64,000 bases of DNA from Mobula hypostoma (GCF_963921235.1 NC_086104.1:151032001-151096000), one strand, 5' to 3'. Positions 1-14,598 are shown, counted from the first letter of the stretch. The notes: generated by a model from the letters alone, not told the origin. A program made the numbers and translations.

Positions 1-2728
1 CTCATGTTCTCAGTATTAATTATTATTTTTCTTTCAACTTGCTCAATTTGATTTCTTTTACACATTGGCTTGTCAGTCTTTGTGTGGTTTTTCCACAGAT
101 TCTGTAGTACTTCAATCACTGCAATCAATAGCCTGTAACTTCCCTTTCGGAGTTAAGCTTTTGAACTGCCTGTAACCTGGCATTTCTGTGGTGTGAGCTG
201 AAATCTCAAAGGTGCAGGACAGTTGTAGCATGGCGTGTACAGTCCGAACTGAGACAGCAGGGCCCGGACACAACAGCAGGGGAAGAAGCCAATGCTTGGC
301 CATAGCTGGAGTGCACTTGGAGGCAACTCGATGCAGTAGAACCAAGGCCCGAGTCAGAGGAAAAAATTCGAGGTTTGACTGATATAAGCACCAGGCTGAA
401 TTGAAAAGTTCAGATACTGGCCAAATCGAGGCAGCAGGCCCTACGCCGAAGGGCACATCAAAGCAGCAGGGCCTGGAGCCAAGAGCAAGAAAGGGCCCTA
501 GCTTTGGCCGATTCAAGTGCCAGGCCAGATTGAGAAGGTCAGGGTGTCGGGACCGAAGGCGAGAGATGGGCTGTTATTCAGCTCGCTGCTCTCAAGGTTT
601 ACCTGTCTCTGCGCTGAACTGAGGCCGTGGCCTGCAATTAACAGGCTCCTGAATCGGCTGCAGTGATAACTGACTTAGAGGTTGTGGACTCACCTTTGTG
701 AACTTCAGTTCTGAATGTTATTAGCTTACTTTTATTGTTTGCACGATTTGTTTTTTTACCCCTGCTCATTGGGTGTTTGTTTAAAATGGGTTCTATTGTA
801 AGGAGATGAATCTCAAGGATGTATATAGTATACACACTTTGATAATAAATGTACTTTGAACATTTATTTCTTTAATTTCTTCTGTAAAAGCTTGCAAGAA
901 AATGATTCTCAAGGTTGTATATGGTAACGTATACTATGCACCTTGATAATAAATTCACTTTCATCTTTTAATATTTCCCCATTAAGTCATTTGTCTTGCC
1001 ATTCAGCAACTTCATAAAAATTTTACTATAAAATATACAGCATTTCAGCCTACCTTGGTCCTGCTGACATAACAGGGCAGCTTTGCTCCGTACAAAACTC
1101 TGTTATTGTTCCATATAACATGTTGATTTGGTTGAAGAAGTCCACAGCTGAAAAGAAATAACAATGTCATTTTTATGATAACCCTCAGGTCACTAAATTA
1201 ATATTTAAAATGTACTGTTAACAGCAGCCTCCAGCTTAAAACAACCACAGGAAATGTTCCCCATGTTGTTATAAAACTTTACCTAAAGCAACAAGGATCT
1301 AAACACCAAAAATGAATCTCATGTTTGGCAAACTAACCATTTAATTCCCAGACATGTCAATTTTATACTTCCAAAATAATTCAGTATTTTATTTTGTGGG
1401 GGAATGAAAGTTAAAGATTAGCTTTATAAATTAAGATAAAATTAACTTTGTCACTTGTACATTGAAACATACAGCGTCTGCATCATTGATGTGCTGGGGG
1501 GAAGCCACAAGTTTGCCATTCATCCAGCACCAACATAGAATGCCCACAACTTACTAACTCTGACCCGCGTCTTTGTGCGACGTGGGAGAAAACCAGAGCA
1601 CCTGGAGGAAAGCAACGCAATCATGGGGAGAATGTACAAACTCCTTACAGACAGTAGCAAGAATTGAATGCCAACCTTCCAATTGCTGGTGCTGTAGAGC
1701 ATTATAACACTATACTATTGTACCATCGGGGAGCAAAGCGGAAAAGGGAACAGAGAAACGGGGGGGGGGGCGGGGGAAGAAAAATACTCATTTCTGTAAA
1801 CACTTTTGGTGCTTTCAGTGATACAAGCCCAAAAAGGAATACAATTTGGAAGCCCAGTTTAAGATGGAACCATATTCCACTTTGTTTCAACAAGACGTTT
1901 CAATACAAGTTGTACAAACACTCAAATCAACAGAAAAAAAATCAAAGCTAGGAGGGAAGGCCATGGATCAAGTAAATGGTGGGAAATGTGATTAGTACAG
2001 ATGGTCTGCATGGACAAGGTGAGCAGAAGGGCTCTTCCAGGAAAACAAGTACAAGTGTCTTTAAAACACTGTATCGAGAATTTGCCACAGAATTGATCAG
2101 GAATACTTGATCAATCATTGGGCACTCAGTCCACATTTGGGAAATATTATACTGCACAGGCAGCACAGTATTGCAGAGCTACATCAGGCTTACAATCAAA
2201 GCATACCAGTGCTGGGTCTTTAGCCCATTCTCTCAGCAAAGGTGAACTCTAAGCCCATGATGTTTCAAACAACCAAACACTTTATATAAAAAAAAATCAA
2301 ATCCTGGAAAGAGCTGGTTTTTCAACTCGTAATTTGGGGCACACTCAATAGTACAAGCCAAAAAAATTAAAGTTCATAATGTAGAAAGAAATGAACAATA
2401 CTTTGTTCATATTTCTTCAAACTGTATTTGCAATCTTAACTTATTATGGCACTGAAGGCCATTCTGCCCACTGGATCCATACTAGCTTCCAGCAGAACAA
2501 TCCTATCAGTCCCATTCCCCTGTAGCCTTGCAATTGCCTCTAACATGACAATATCATGAAATATTATACAGGCAGCAGAGTATTCCAAAGCTTAGGGCCC
2601 TGGCAGCTGAGAAGATAATCTGCAATGGTACAGTTACATCTCATATTGTACAAAAGAATTATGCACACAAGTTAGGTAATGTTACTGTAGATTAGTTGGA
2701 GACAAAAATACAAATTTGCCAAACTTAC

Positions 2729-2895
2729 TATTGACGGCAATCCATTCATTAAGATCCTCGCCTTCTGGTAACATAACAGCCTGACGAAGATTACCACTGC
2801 CCAGGGTTGCTTCAGCGTGCTTTAGCAACTCATACTGGTGAGAACCTTCTGGAATGTTCTTTTTTGGTTTGAAAGTTCTATTACTTCGATTCCCA
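2729..2895 (-). CDS. MOB1A: MOB kinase activator 1A, coding exon 2 (167 nt); gene continues beyond the left edge of the window
   Basis: tttcag|T GGG AAT CGA ... GTC AAT A|gtaagt; encodes RTFKPKKNIPEGSHQYELLKHAEATLGSGNLRQAVMLPEGEDLNEWIAVN. LRQAVM and EWIAVN match MOB1A rather than MOB1B (LRMAVM, EWVAVN); linkage to MTHFD2 agrees. Confidence 0.93.
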
Positions 2896-3030
2896 CTGAA
2901 ATGAAATTGGTACAAGTTATTCCCAATGCAGGAGATGGATAGGAAATTGCCCAACGGGAAGCAGAAGGAAAGAGTGAAGGACTTGGAAACAGTGAAAAAT
3001 GTGCTAAAATACTTGTTGCTAGAGGGTAAT

Positions 3031-3232
3031 ACACAGAAAATACTGGCAGAACTCAGCAAGTAGGGCAGCATCTATGGAGAGAAATAAAGAGTTGACATTT
3101 CAGCCCCGATGAAGGGTCTCACCCTGAAAATTTGGCTCTTTATTCCTCTCCATAGATGTTGCCTGACTTGAGTTCCTCTGGCATTCTGTGTGTGTTAATC
3201 TGGATTCACAGCATCGGCAGAATCCTGTGTTT
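3031..3232. mobile_element. Miniature fold-back Penelope-derived element (degenerate)
   Basis: Inverted arms (cagcatctatggagag / ctctccatagatgttg) around the degenerate hammerhead ccgatgaagggtctcaccctgaaa. Confidence 0.65.
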
Positions 3233-5349
3233 CTAGAGTAGAAGTTTCCAACCTGGGGTCCCTGGGTTAAGGGTGTGGGTCCACAGCATTAAAAAAAAAG
3301 TTTGGGAACCCCTGATCCAGAGGGTGATGTAATTGCAACCATTTCCAGGAGGAGGCTAGCCACTCCAGAAATTTGATGAAACATTTCCATTCACAAGATA
3401 GCCATAAACAAGGCTATCTCAGAATCAGTCACATGTGCATTACAATACTGGAACATTAGGCCACATTGCTCCTAGTAGCTACAATCACTGGGCATATTCA
3501 TAGCTCTGATATTTCTGCAGTTTATTTTATTTGATAGGAGACTGCCTCTAACCAGGCACCAGTCCAACATCCTCAAACTCAGATCAAATCAAATTCAAGT
3601 TTAAATATCATTCAACCATAAATGAACACAGCTGAACGAAACAGTGTTCCTTTGGGGCCATGGTGCAAAACATACACAGCACATTCAAAAGAGAGAGCAA
3701 AAAACACAGACATAGCTGCTTGAAGCCTATTCCTATAATTTAACTGAATATCATTGTCCTCTTTAGCACACTCCACCATGTCGAACATTCCCCTAGTCCC
3801 ATAAACTCACAATAACCTCCACCTCAATCTCCGAACCCTAGGGAAAAAGACCAGGCAGGATCTCATTTTGCACTCTGAAAAAGGGTTCATCAAAAGCAGC
3901 CTTCAAAGTTCAAAGTAAATTTATTAACAAAGTACACTCGTGTTACCATGTACTATCCTGAGATTTTCTTGCAGGCATCCATGGTAGACCAAAGAAATAC
4001 AATAGAATCAATGATAAACTACACACAAAGACGGACAAACAACCAATGTGAAAAAGTGACAAATTGGGCTAATACAAACAAAATCATAATAGTAAATAAG
4101 TTGTAGAGTCCACAGATTGTGGTATCAGTCCAGAGTTGAGGTGAGGTTATCCATGCTGGTTTAGGAGCCTGACGTCTGAAGGGTAGTAACTATTCCTGAA
4201 CCTGGTGGTGTGGGACCCAAGGCTCCTGTACCTCCTTGTCTGATGGTAGTAGTGAGAAGACACCGTGGCCTGTATAGTGGGGGTCTTTGATGATGGAGGC
4301 TGCTTTTCTGTGGCAGCGCTCCTTGCAGATGTGCGATATTGAGGGAGGGGGCTTTATCAGTGATGGAATGGGCTTTGGCAGCTTTTCTGTTCAAAGGCAT
4401 TGGTGTTTCCAGACCAGGCAGCGATGCAACCAGTCAGGATATTCTGCACTGCACCTATAGAAGTTTGTTAATGTTTTGGACGACATGCTGAAACAGCACA
4501 AATCTCCAACAAAGCAGAAGCGTTGTCATGATTTCTTCGCAATGGCACTCAGGTGCTGGGATTGGACGTTTGCTATCACGCAGCAAAAAGAGGTGGTAGA
4601 ATTTGAAAACACCTGGTTCCACTACAATCAAATTTATTATCATTGAACTATATACATGTATACCGTCAAACGACATGTTTCTCTGAACCAGCGTGAAAAG
4701 CACAATAGTACACATCAAACACAATAACTGAGGAAAGCAAGGATAAAGGTGAATTTCGCATAAACAAAGTAAAGAGCATAAACTGAATATTGTAATGTAT
4801 AGATGGCTTGAGGGAAGAAACTGTTTTCTGTCCTGATCACTCCTGCTTTTACGCAGTCTCCTACCCGATGGTAGAAGATGCTGGATGGAAGGGAGGGATC
4901 TTTGATAATACTAAGGGCCCTGCATATGCAGCACTCCTGATAAATAACCCCGATGGATGGTAGGGATACCCTTATGATCCTCTCAGTCATTCTCACAGTC
5001 CTTTGTAGGGACTTCTGGTCCGATGCCCTGCTGATCCCATACCAGATGGAGATGCCACTCGTCAGGTTGCTCTCAATGGAGCTCCTATAAAATTCTGTTA
5101 AGATATAAACAAAGGCAAATATGAAGAGAAGAGAAGAGCCTTGGCCCTAGTTTAGTGGGCAGCTACACTGGAAAGTGTGATGGTGGACAGGCATTTAAGA
5201 AACAGTGCAGAAATTATTTACGTAATATACACAAAGACCAAAACAAAACAAATGGAGAAGCGATTCATCAATGACTAATTAAGGAAATTAGAAGTATTAA
5301 AACCAGTGGTATACAAAAATTGCTTACAAAAATTACAATACAGTTGATG

Positions 5350-8300
5350 AATGGGAATATTTTAGAATCCAGAAAAGAACCAAAAAAATTAATAAAGGAC
5401 AAAATAGTGGCAAAAGGTATAAAAGCAGACTGAAAACTTTACACAAAAAGCAAGAGCTTAGTGAGATCAAATGAAGTAATATTTATGTCAGTCCTCAGAG
5501 GTCTTCAATCAAGGGCCTGGCAAGTATGAGAAACTGGTGGAATTGAGAAATGACCCAAATTGTAATCCCTAGAAATTCTAACTGTAGCCAAAGGTCTCTA
5601 TAGTTTACATCCCAAAGTTCCGCAGATTTCCTAACATGTTCCTTAGAAATGGAAGGTGATAACTATAACCCAACTATTTAAGAAAAAGAGACACAGGCAC
5701 ACACAGAGGCACTAAAAGGTTTAGGGGGCATTTACACATTCTCTGGAGGCTGAGGGGAGACCTGATGGAGGTTTACAAGATTCTGAGAGGCAATGAGAGA
5801 GTAGGCAGGCAGTATCCTTTTCCCCAGGGTAGAAACGTCTAATACCAAAAGGCATGCACTGAAGGTGAGAGGGGGCAGGTTCAAAGGGGATGTGAGAAGC
5901 AAGTGTTTTTTTCCCCCACACTGACTGGTGGATGCCTGGAATGTGCTGCCTGCTATGGTGGTAGAGGCAAATACATCAGAGGACTTTTAAGAGACATTTA
6001 GATAGGTATCGGAATGAGGAAGATGGAGGGATATGGACATTGTGTAGGTAGGAGGGATTCGTTTTTGGGTTTACTTTTTAGCTAGATCGGCACAATACTG
6101 TGGGCTGAAGGGTCTGTTCCTGTGCTGTATAGCTCTAGGTTCTAAACTTGCTGAAGCAGGCAAAAAGTTGGAATCCACAACAAAGGGTGTAATAACATAA
6201 CACCTATTACCCGGTTAGAGGAAAGATGAAAAACACTGCCATGAATATTTACGAAAATGTTGGCAGGACTCAAGGACATGGGTTATAGGGAGAAGATGGG
6301 CAGGCTAGGACTTTACTCCTTGGAGTGCAGTAGGAGACTGAGGGGTGACCTTTTAGAGGTTTATAAAATTGTGAGGGGGCAGAGATAGAGTGAATGCAAA
6401 CAGATTTTCTCCCCAGGGACAGGGAAACAAGTACAGAACAGGAAGGGCCTGCTTCCATGATGTATTGTTCTGTGACTATGTGCATGCAGAGTCACGCTGC
6501 CTTTTTTTGAGGGAAAGGGAACCAAAAGTTAAATAGGTTTAAAGTGATGGGGGTGGGGTGGGGAGAGGAGATGTAAAACGGACCAGAGTTGCAACTCTTT
6601 CACACAGAGGACTGTGTATATATGGAACAAAGTGCCAGAGGAAGTGGTTGAAGCATGCACAATAATAACATATCAAGAGATTTAGATCATTAGCTGGATA
6701 AAAGAATATGGGCTACACAGGATTAGCTCAGGTAGGCTCCTCGTTTGCCATCAATGAGTTCATCTATATTATCCTATAACATTTTATCCCAGAGCAGAAA
6801 TTGCTAATATGGGGGGGGGGGGGCATAATTTTAAGGTGATTAGAGGAACGTATGGGAGGGTGGGATGTCATAGGTAGGTTTTTCTTTTTTTTTGTGTGGA
6901 ATTTGCTGCCGGGGTGGTGATAGAGACAGCATCAGGTACATTTAAGACAGCGGTCCCCAACCACTGGGCCACAAAGCGTGTGTTACCGGGCTGCGAGGAA
7001 ACAATACGATTTGGCGATATGAAACGATATGAGTCAGCTGAACTTTTCCTCATTCCCCGTCACGCACTGTTGAACTTGAACCCACCCCCCACCCCCACCG
7101 TTGGCTGGTCTGCAAGAATATTGTCAATATTAAACTGGTCTGTGGTGCGAGAAAAGGTTGGGGACCCCCGATTTAAGAGACTCTTGGATAGGCACATGGA
7201 TGAAAGAAAAATGGAGGGCAATGTAGAAGGGAAAGATTGAACCTACTCTAAGAGCAATTAAAAGGTCAGCAAAACATCATGAGTCAAAGGCCTGTTCGAG
7301 AGGAGCAGAATTAGGCCATTTGGCCCATCGAGTCTGCTATGCCATTTCATCATGACTGATCCACCACCCTCCCAACCCCATTCTCCCTCCTTTTCTCCCA
7401 GTAACCTTTCAAGTCCTGACTAATCAAGAAGCTATTCGCCTCTACCTTCACCACCAACTTAAACTGCAAAGGGAACCCTGCATGAGTGCTCCCAAGCCCC
7501 TTTGCACCTCAGAGTGATGAATTCTCTCTCTGGTTAGAAAACAGTCTATACTTTTATTCCTTCTACCAAAGTGCATGACCATACACTTCCCGACAGTGCC
7601 ATTTCTCTTACCCATTCCCCTACTCTGTCTAAGCCCTTCTACAGCCTATCTGCTCCTCCACTCATCTTTGCATCAAAACTTACTGTGCTGTACTGTCCAG
7701 TTTTCTATGATCTATCTCAGTAAGAGTAGTTGCAACGAGCAAAGTCAAAATGAAATTTGCATTTGACTAACCAAATGGACCTCTGAGGATATGACTGGTA
7801 GAATAGATAAGGGGAAAACCAGTGGATGTGTTGTATTTAGATTTTCGGAAACTTTTGATAAAGTCCCAGAGAGGAAGCTAGTCAAGAAGTTTAAAACACA
7901 TGAAATGGGGGATAACAGAGCCATTAACTGAAAATGCTTATCAGACAGAAAGCAAAGAATGGGAATGAATGCAACTTGCTCAGGTAGGAAGGGCGGAATA
8001 CTCCAATGATCAGTGCTTGGGCTCAAGCTATTCACCATCCATAATCTAGCTGAAGTGTACAAATTACACAGGCTTTTCAAGTTTGTTAATGTGGAAAAGC
8101 TGGGTGATTGTGTAAGGATATGTCAAGTGGAATGCACTGTGGAAAAACACGAGTCATTGACCTTAGTGCACACAACAGAAAAGCAGAGTTTTGAACGCCA
8201 AGTGACTGGGACAACGTTCAAAGAGACTAACTACATATGCCCCTGCACATCACTTAAGGCCAACATGGAGGTAGGGCAAGTGATTGGCAAGGTGTAAGAT

Positions 8301-9170
8301 ATGTTGCCATCATGAGAGGATTTGAATACAGGAGTAAGGAAGACATTGAAATTGTACAGGGCCTCGGTGGGACAGCACCCAGACTATATAGTACCCAAGT
8401 AAACTCGTGGAATGTGGATTCCAGGGTTTGCTGGATGAGATGCGATCAAGTATACTGGGATGAGGTTCTTTAAAATTCAGTAGAATAAGAGACCTTATCA
8501 AAACAAAATTCTTATAATGCTTGATGGGCTGGGGACAGAGATGTTTCCCCTTGTGGAAGAGTCTAGGACTAGGGGAAACAATTTCAGAATAAGAGGCAAG
8601 TCATTTAGGACTGAGATGAAGAGAAATTTCTTCATTTGGTAGGTATGAATCTTCAGAATTCTCTACCTCAAGGGCTATTGATGCTGTTGGTGTTCATTGG
8701 AATTTGAGAGTGGAAGATTTGTTTATACCAAGGGGACCAAGCAAACCAGGGAAATGCAGGAAAATAGTACTGAGATTTAAGATCTGCTATGAATAGCAGA
8801 GGAGGCTCAAAAAGGCAAATTGGCCTGCTCTGATTTTTTAAAAAATCTCTAGTGACTTTAAGGCTTTTTCTACTGAGGTTGGGTGAGACTAGCACTAGAG
8901 ATCATGGGTTAAAGGTGAAATGTTTAAGGGGAGCATGAGGAGGAGCTTCAACTAGAGTGTGGAACGAGCTGCCAGCAGAAGTGGTAGTGGATACAGGTTT
9001 GATGCAATGTTTAAGAGAAGTTTGGATAAGTACGTGGATGGGAGGGGTACGGGGGCTTTGATCTACGTTTGTAGGTACACGTCGATAGAACCAGGTAGAA
9101 TAATAGTTCAGCACTGATTACGTGGGCCAAAGGGTCTGGTTTTATGCTGTAGTGCTCTATGATTCCCAGT
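5350..9170. mobile_element. Cluster of truncated CR1-type LINE fragments and 3' ends
   Basis: Repeated CR1 3' motifs (gaggggagacctgat, ttttacacagag-like, gggctgaagggtctgttcctgtgctgtat) and RT-like remnants at 7780-8650. Confidence 0.7.
6948..7170. mobile_element. hAT (Charlie-like) MITE with perfect 8-bp TSD
   Basis: ATTTAAGA at 6940-6947 and 7171-7178; termini CAGCGGTCCCCAACC / GGTTGGGGACCCCCG. Confidence 0.85.
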
Positions 9171-9571
9171 CTTACGTGGTCCCTCTCACACATAACACAG
9201 AGCAACATTAGATCTTGTCTAATCTATGCTGGCGTCAACACCTTCTGGGATATTTTTCCATACCATTCCATCTCCTGGTTATTAAGTACTTATCCACCTC
9301 TATTTTAAAAGCTTCCTGGAAGAGGTGCAAATGAGATTCAGCAGGCCAATCTCTAAGCTCCTCGCCACCCCCAACCCTTCAAGAAGGCAGGTGTACAATC
9401 TGTGATCAGTGCTTATGGATGCACTGTGACAGACACTGGCCTCAGCAGGCTTACAATCAAAGTGCAACTGTAACGAATAACGAAAACCAATTTCCCCTGG
9501 GATTAATAAAGTATGACTATGACTATGAAAGCAAAACAGTCCTGGGTCTTAAGAGCACCTCTAGTCACAGT

Positions 9572-10400
9572 CAGTCATAGTCATACTTCATTGATCCCGG
9601 GGGAAATTGGTTTTCATCATCCGTTACAGTTGCACCATAAATAATAAATAGTAATAAAACCATACATAGTTAAATAGTAATATGGAAATTATGCTAGTAA
9701 ATTATGAAACAAGTCCAGGACCAGCCTATTGGCTCAGGGTGTCTGACCCTCCAAGGGAGGAGTTGTAAAGTTTGATGGCCAAAGGCAGGAATGACTTCCT
9801 ATGACGCTCTGTGTAGCATCTCGGTGGAATGAGTCTCTGGCTGAATGTACTCCTGTGCCCACCCAGTACATTATGTAGTGGATGGGAAACATTGACCAAG
9901 ATCACATGCAACTTCGACAGCATCCTCTTTTCAGACACCACTGTCAGAGAGTCCAGTTCCATCCCCACAACATCACTGGCCTTACGAATGAGTTTGTTGA
10001 TTCTGTTGGTGCCTGCTACCCTCAGCCTGCTGCCCCAGCACACAACAGCAAACATGACAGCACCGGCCACCACAGACTCGTAGAACATCCTCAGCATCGT
10101 CTGGCAGGTGTTAAAGGACCTCAGTCTCCTCAGGAAATAGAGACAGCTCTGACCCTTCTTGTAGACAGCCTCAGTGTTCTTTGACCAGTGTAGTTTATTG
10201 TCAATTCATATCCCCAGGTACTTGTAATCCTCCACCATGTCCACACTGACCCCCTGAATGGAAACAGGGGTCACCGGTACCTTAGCTCTCCTCAGGTCTA
10301 CTGCCAGCTCCTTAGACTTTTTCACATTAAGCTGCAGATAATTCTGCTCACACCATGTGACAAAGTTTCTTACTGTAGCCCTGTACTCAGCCTCATCTCA
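9572..10400 (-). mobile_element. Rex1/Babar-type LINE 3' fragment with (GACTAT)n tail
   Basis: LRMFYESVVAGAVMFAVVCWG...RKSFLPLAIKLYN, typical of the Rex/Babar RT C-terminus; microsatellite tail. Confidence 0.8.
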
Positions 10401-13240
10401 CCTCCCTCTATCAGTACATGTGATCTCCTAAGCCTTTGAGCTTTCAAACAATTAAAAGCTTTTTACCTTGAAAAGATTTGGCTTTACAACTCGTTATTTT
10501 AGATCACTCAAAAAGTATAATGCAAAAATATTAAAGTTCATAAATTAATATTAAAAAAACTGCCATTGAGCCTAACTACAAAGAGTTTTGCCACAAGAAA
10601 ACAGCGTCCATCATCAAGAAACCCACCATCCAGGATTTGTTCTCTTCTCGCTGCTGTCATCGGGAAGGAAGTACAGCAGGAGTCCCCAACTTGGGGTCCA
10701 CAGACCACGTGCTTAATGGTATTGGTCCATTGCATAAAAAGGTTAGGAAAGCCTGAGGTACAGGCACTTTAGGTCCCACACCACCAGGTTCGAGGACTGT
10801 TATTACTCTTCACCCATCAGGCTCCTGAACCAGTATGGATAACTTCACTCACCGCAACCCACGGACTCACTTGCAAGGCCTCTACAACTCATGTTCCAAG
10901 TTACTTTTGTGTGTATTTGCACATTTTTGCATCATTTTGCAGATTGGTTGTTTGTCAGGTGTGTGTAGTTTTTCATTAATTCTATTGTATTTTGTTCTAC
11001 TGTTAATGCCTCCAAAAAATGACGATCAAGGTAGTATATAGTGATATATATGCACTTTGATAATAAATTTACTTTGAGTTTGAAGGTCTTGAACTTTGAA
11101 ACGAACAATACATCTTTCTTAATTCTTCATAGTGCATTTACAATATTGACTTATGTCACTGTAGGAGGCCATTTAGCACACTGGATCCATACTAGCTTCT
11201 AGCAGTGCAATCCCATTAGTTCCATTCCCAGCTCCCTGTTGCCTCACAATTTATCCCCTCTCACATGACCATCAACTCTGTTTTGTCACATGCTCACACT
11301 AGGGGCAATTTACAGTAGTCATTTAACCTACTGTGTCTGTGGGACGAAGATAGAAATCACAGCCCCTGTAGTGGAGGAAAATCACACAATCACAGACAGT
11401 ACTTACAGTCAGCTTGCCACAGTTCAGCATCAAGCTTGTGTCGGCAAAACAGTGAGGCAGCAGCACTACCTGCCGCACCGCCCTAGCTTTAATTATAGCT
11501 AGAATTGCTACCCAAAGTATCAAAAACTGAAGACAAGACATCCAATATTTCTGCCATGAGCCAGAAATTGCACTGGGATTTATTAAGTTGAACACTGCTT
11601 CAGAAAAGGGGTGTGATAATAGTGTCTTTTTTTACCCTCACTAGTTCAGTTCACATGGTTTGGTGATCTCTGAGTCTTGGCCTTCAGCAGGACAAACCTT
11701 AACACTATGCAAACTTGTTAGAAAAAGAATGAAGATTTGTTTAAGAAATGTGTCAGAAGATTCATAATGATACAAGGCTACAAATCATACTTAATGATGG
11801 CAACATCCTGTAATAAGCAGCACTGCTACAACTGTGCATAGATTGCGCTATGAAAGTTATTTTAAATCTTGATTAAAAATAATAGCATTTCCAAAAAAGC
11901 AGAAGGAGTGAAAAAAATACTTTCAATAGATGCAGTTCAACGACCCTTATAAGACTTGCTGATTATAGGCAGCAACATACCACTCGGCAAATCCACTAAA
12001 GCACAATTTCAAGGTGATTGGAGGAAAGTATGGGGGGAAATAAGGTGTCGGAGAGCAACTTTCTTCATATCAGAGCCAAGCTTTTTTTAAAAAAAACAGT
12101 GATGGGTGTGTGGAACACACTGCTAGTGATGGTGGTAGAGGCAGATACACCCAGGGCATTCAGGAAACTCTTAAGCATGTGAATGATAAATAAAATGAAG
12201 GGTTATGTATTCTAAAGCAACTTGAGGCCCCATCTGTTGACAGCTTGCATCATCCATTTCAGAGAACATAAAATAATTAGTCACATGGACGTAACTGGGC
12301 AATGCAGGACGGAAGAGCCTGTTACCATGCTGAATCTCTAAATAAATAAATAGAAACATCTAAGATTATATAGGAGGGAAGGGTTAGATTGATCTTAGTA
12401 GATTAAAAGTTCAGCACAACCTCTATTTATTTATGTAGAGATACAGCATGGTAATAGGCCCTTCCGTCCTGCACCACCCAATCACACCCATGTGACCAAT
12501 TGTTCTACGTTTTATAAAGTGGATGACGCAAACTGAAATTCTACAACTGTCCTCAGGTGGCCCTTCAAATTACATTAAACTATGTCGTTAAAGGACTGGA
12601 AGAAGCAGGAAATGCAGAAAGACTCTTGCAAATCAACTGTAATGAAGAAACAACCAAGGACTACAGGAGGATACAGAGCAAGTTTGTTTGCAGAGAAAGA
12701 AGCTTGCAACAGCAGTGCCATCATCATTTTCCTACTATAGCCCTTCATTTGCTGAATGCACAAGATTAAAAATAATGCAAAAGGCAACTAAATAAATTAT
12801 GAATTTTCTAATGGCAGTTGGGGCAAGGTAATTGGAGCAAGTAAAAAGAGGCAAAAGTAGAGAATTCAGTGCTATAGATGCTGAGAACTTGGAATTAAAA
12901 GCCAGGAATTCATAGGTCAGTTGAGACACTTTCAACAGAATTGGAAGAGTTAGAGATGTAACTGGATTCAAGCAGATACAAAGACTGGAGAAACAGAACA
13001 GGGATGTCACACAAGATTAAATCTTGTGTGGCACAGTTAGAATGCTGCTGCAATGCCAGTGACCCAAGTTCAATTCCACACTGTCAGTGAGGAATTTATA
13101 CATACTCCCCGCGGTCGCAAGGGTTTCCTCAGGGTGCCCCTGTTTCCTCCCAGAGGCCAAAGACATTCAGGTTAGTGGTTAATTGGTTACGCAGGCACTA
13201 CAGGGCAAGGTGGGCTTGTTACTTTGCTGCATCTCCAAAT

Positions 13241-13320
13241 CAGGGGTTCTCAGCCTGGGGTCCATGGACCCTTTGGTTAATGGTGTTGATCCATGGCATA
13301 AAAAATGTTGGGAACCCCTG
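13241..13320. mobile_element. 80-bp hAT MITE; related copies near 3240-3314, 10677-10756, 14768-14855, 16133-16220
   Basis: CAGGGGTTCTCA...TGGGAACCCCTG termini; 8-bp TSD CTCCAAAT/CTCTAAAT. Confidence 0.8.
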
Positions 13321-13446
13321 CTCTAAATAAATCAACGACAAGAGGGGCAATATTCAATGTGGAAGTGAACAGTACTAAGGCAAGGAACACACATCAAAGT
13401 TGCTGGTGAATGCAGCAGGCCAGGCAGCATCTGTAGGAAGAGGTGC

Positions 13447-13482
13447 AGTCGACGTTTCAGGCCAAGACCCTTCGTCAGGACT
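13447..13482 (-). ncRNA. Minimal type I hammerhead ribozyme motif (mirror copy)
   Basis: Reverse complement reads AGTC-CTGACGA-AGGGTCTTGGCCT-GAAA-CGTC-GACT. Confidence 0.7.
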
Positions 13483-14598
13483 AACTGAAGGAAGAGTGAG
13501 TAAGGGATTTGAAAGTTGGAGGGGGAGGGGGAGATCCAAAATGATAGGAGAAGACAGGAGGGGGAGGGATAGAGCCAAGAGCTGGACAGGTGATAGGCAA
13601 AAGGGGATACGAGAGGATCATGGGACAGGAGGTCCGGGAAGAAAGTCAAGGGGGGGGGGACCCAGAAGATGGGCAAGAGGTATATTCAGAGGGACAGAGG
13701 GAGAAAAAGGAGAGTGAGAGAAAGAATGTGTGCATAAAAATAAGTAACAGATGGGGTATGAGAGGGAGGTGGGGCCTTAGCGGAAGTTAGAGAAGTCGAT
13801 GTTCATGCCATCAGGTTGGAGGCTACCCAGACGGAATATAAGGTGTTGTTCCTCCAACCTGAGTGTGGCTTCATCTTTACAGTAGAGGAGGCCGTGGATA
13901 GACATGTCAGAATGGGAATGGGATGTGGAATTAAAATGTGTGGCCACTGGGAGATCCTGCTTTCTCTGGCGGACAGAGCGGAGATGTTCAGCAAAGCGGT
14001 CTCCCAGTCTGCGTCGGGTCTCGCCAATATATAAAAGGCCACATCGGGAGCACCGGACGCAGTATATCACCCCAGTCGACTCACAGGTGAAGTGTTGCCT
14101 CACCTGGAAGGACTGTGAAAGCAGGATCTCCCAGTGGCCACACATTTTAATTCCACATCCTATTCTCATTCTGACATGTCTATCCACAGCCTCCTCTACT
14201 GTAAAGATGAAGCCACACTCAGGTTGGAGGAACAACACCTTATATTCCGTTTGGGTAGCCTCCAACCTGATGGCATGAACATCGACTTCTCTAACTTCCT
14301 CTAAGGCCCCATCTCCCCCTCGTACCCCATCTGTTACTTATTTTTATGCACACATTCTTTCTCTCACTCTCCTTTTTCTCCCTCTGTCCCTCTGAATATA
14401 CCTCTTGCCCATCCTCTGGGTCACCTCCCCCTTGTCTTTCTTCCCGGACCTCCTGTCCCATGATCCTCTCGTATCCCCTTTTGCCTATCACCTGTCCAGC
14501 TCTTGGCTCTATCCCTCCCCCTCCTGTCTTCTCCTATCATTTTGGATCTCCCCCTCCCCCTCCAACTTTCAAATCCCTTACTCACTCTTCCTTCATTT

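Noticed and set aside
2682-3071. 129-aa ORF as a single-exon MOB1 gene
   Set aside because: Only 2729-2895 is MOB1-like and it is bounded by AG/GT; the rest is intron and repeat read-through.
13777-14265. 162-aa ORF as a novel nuclease gene
   Set aside because: It is a chimera across the fold-back junction of a truncated Penelope; no RT domain and no evident promoter.
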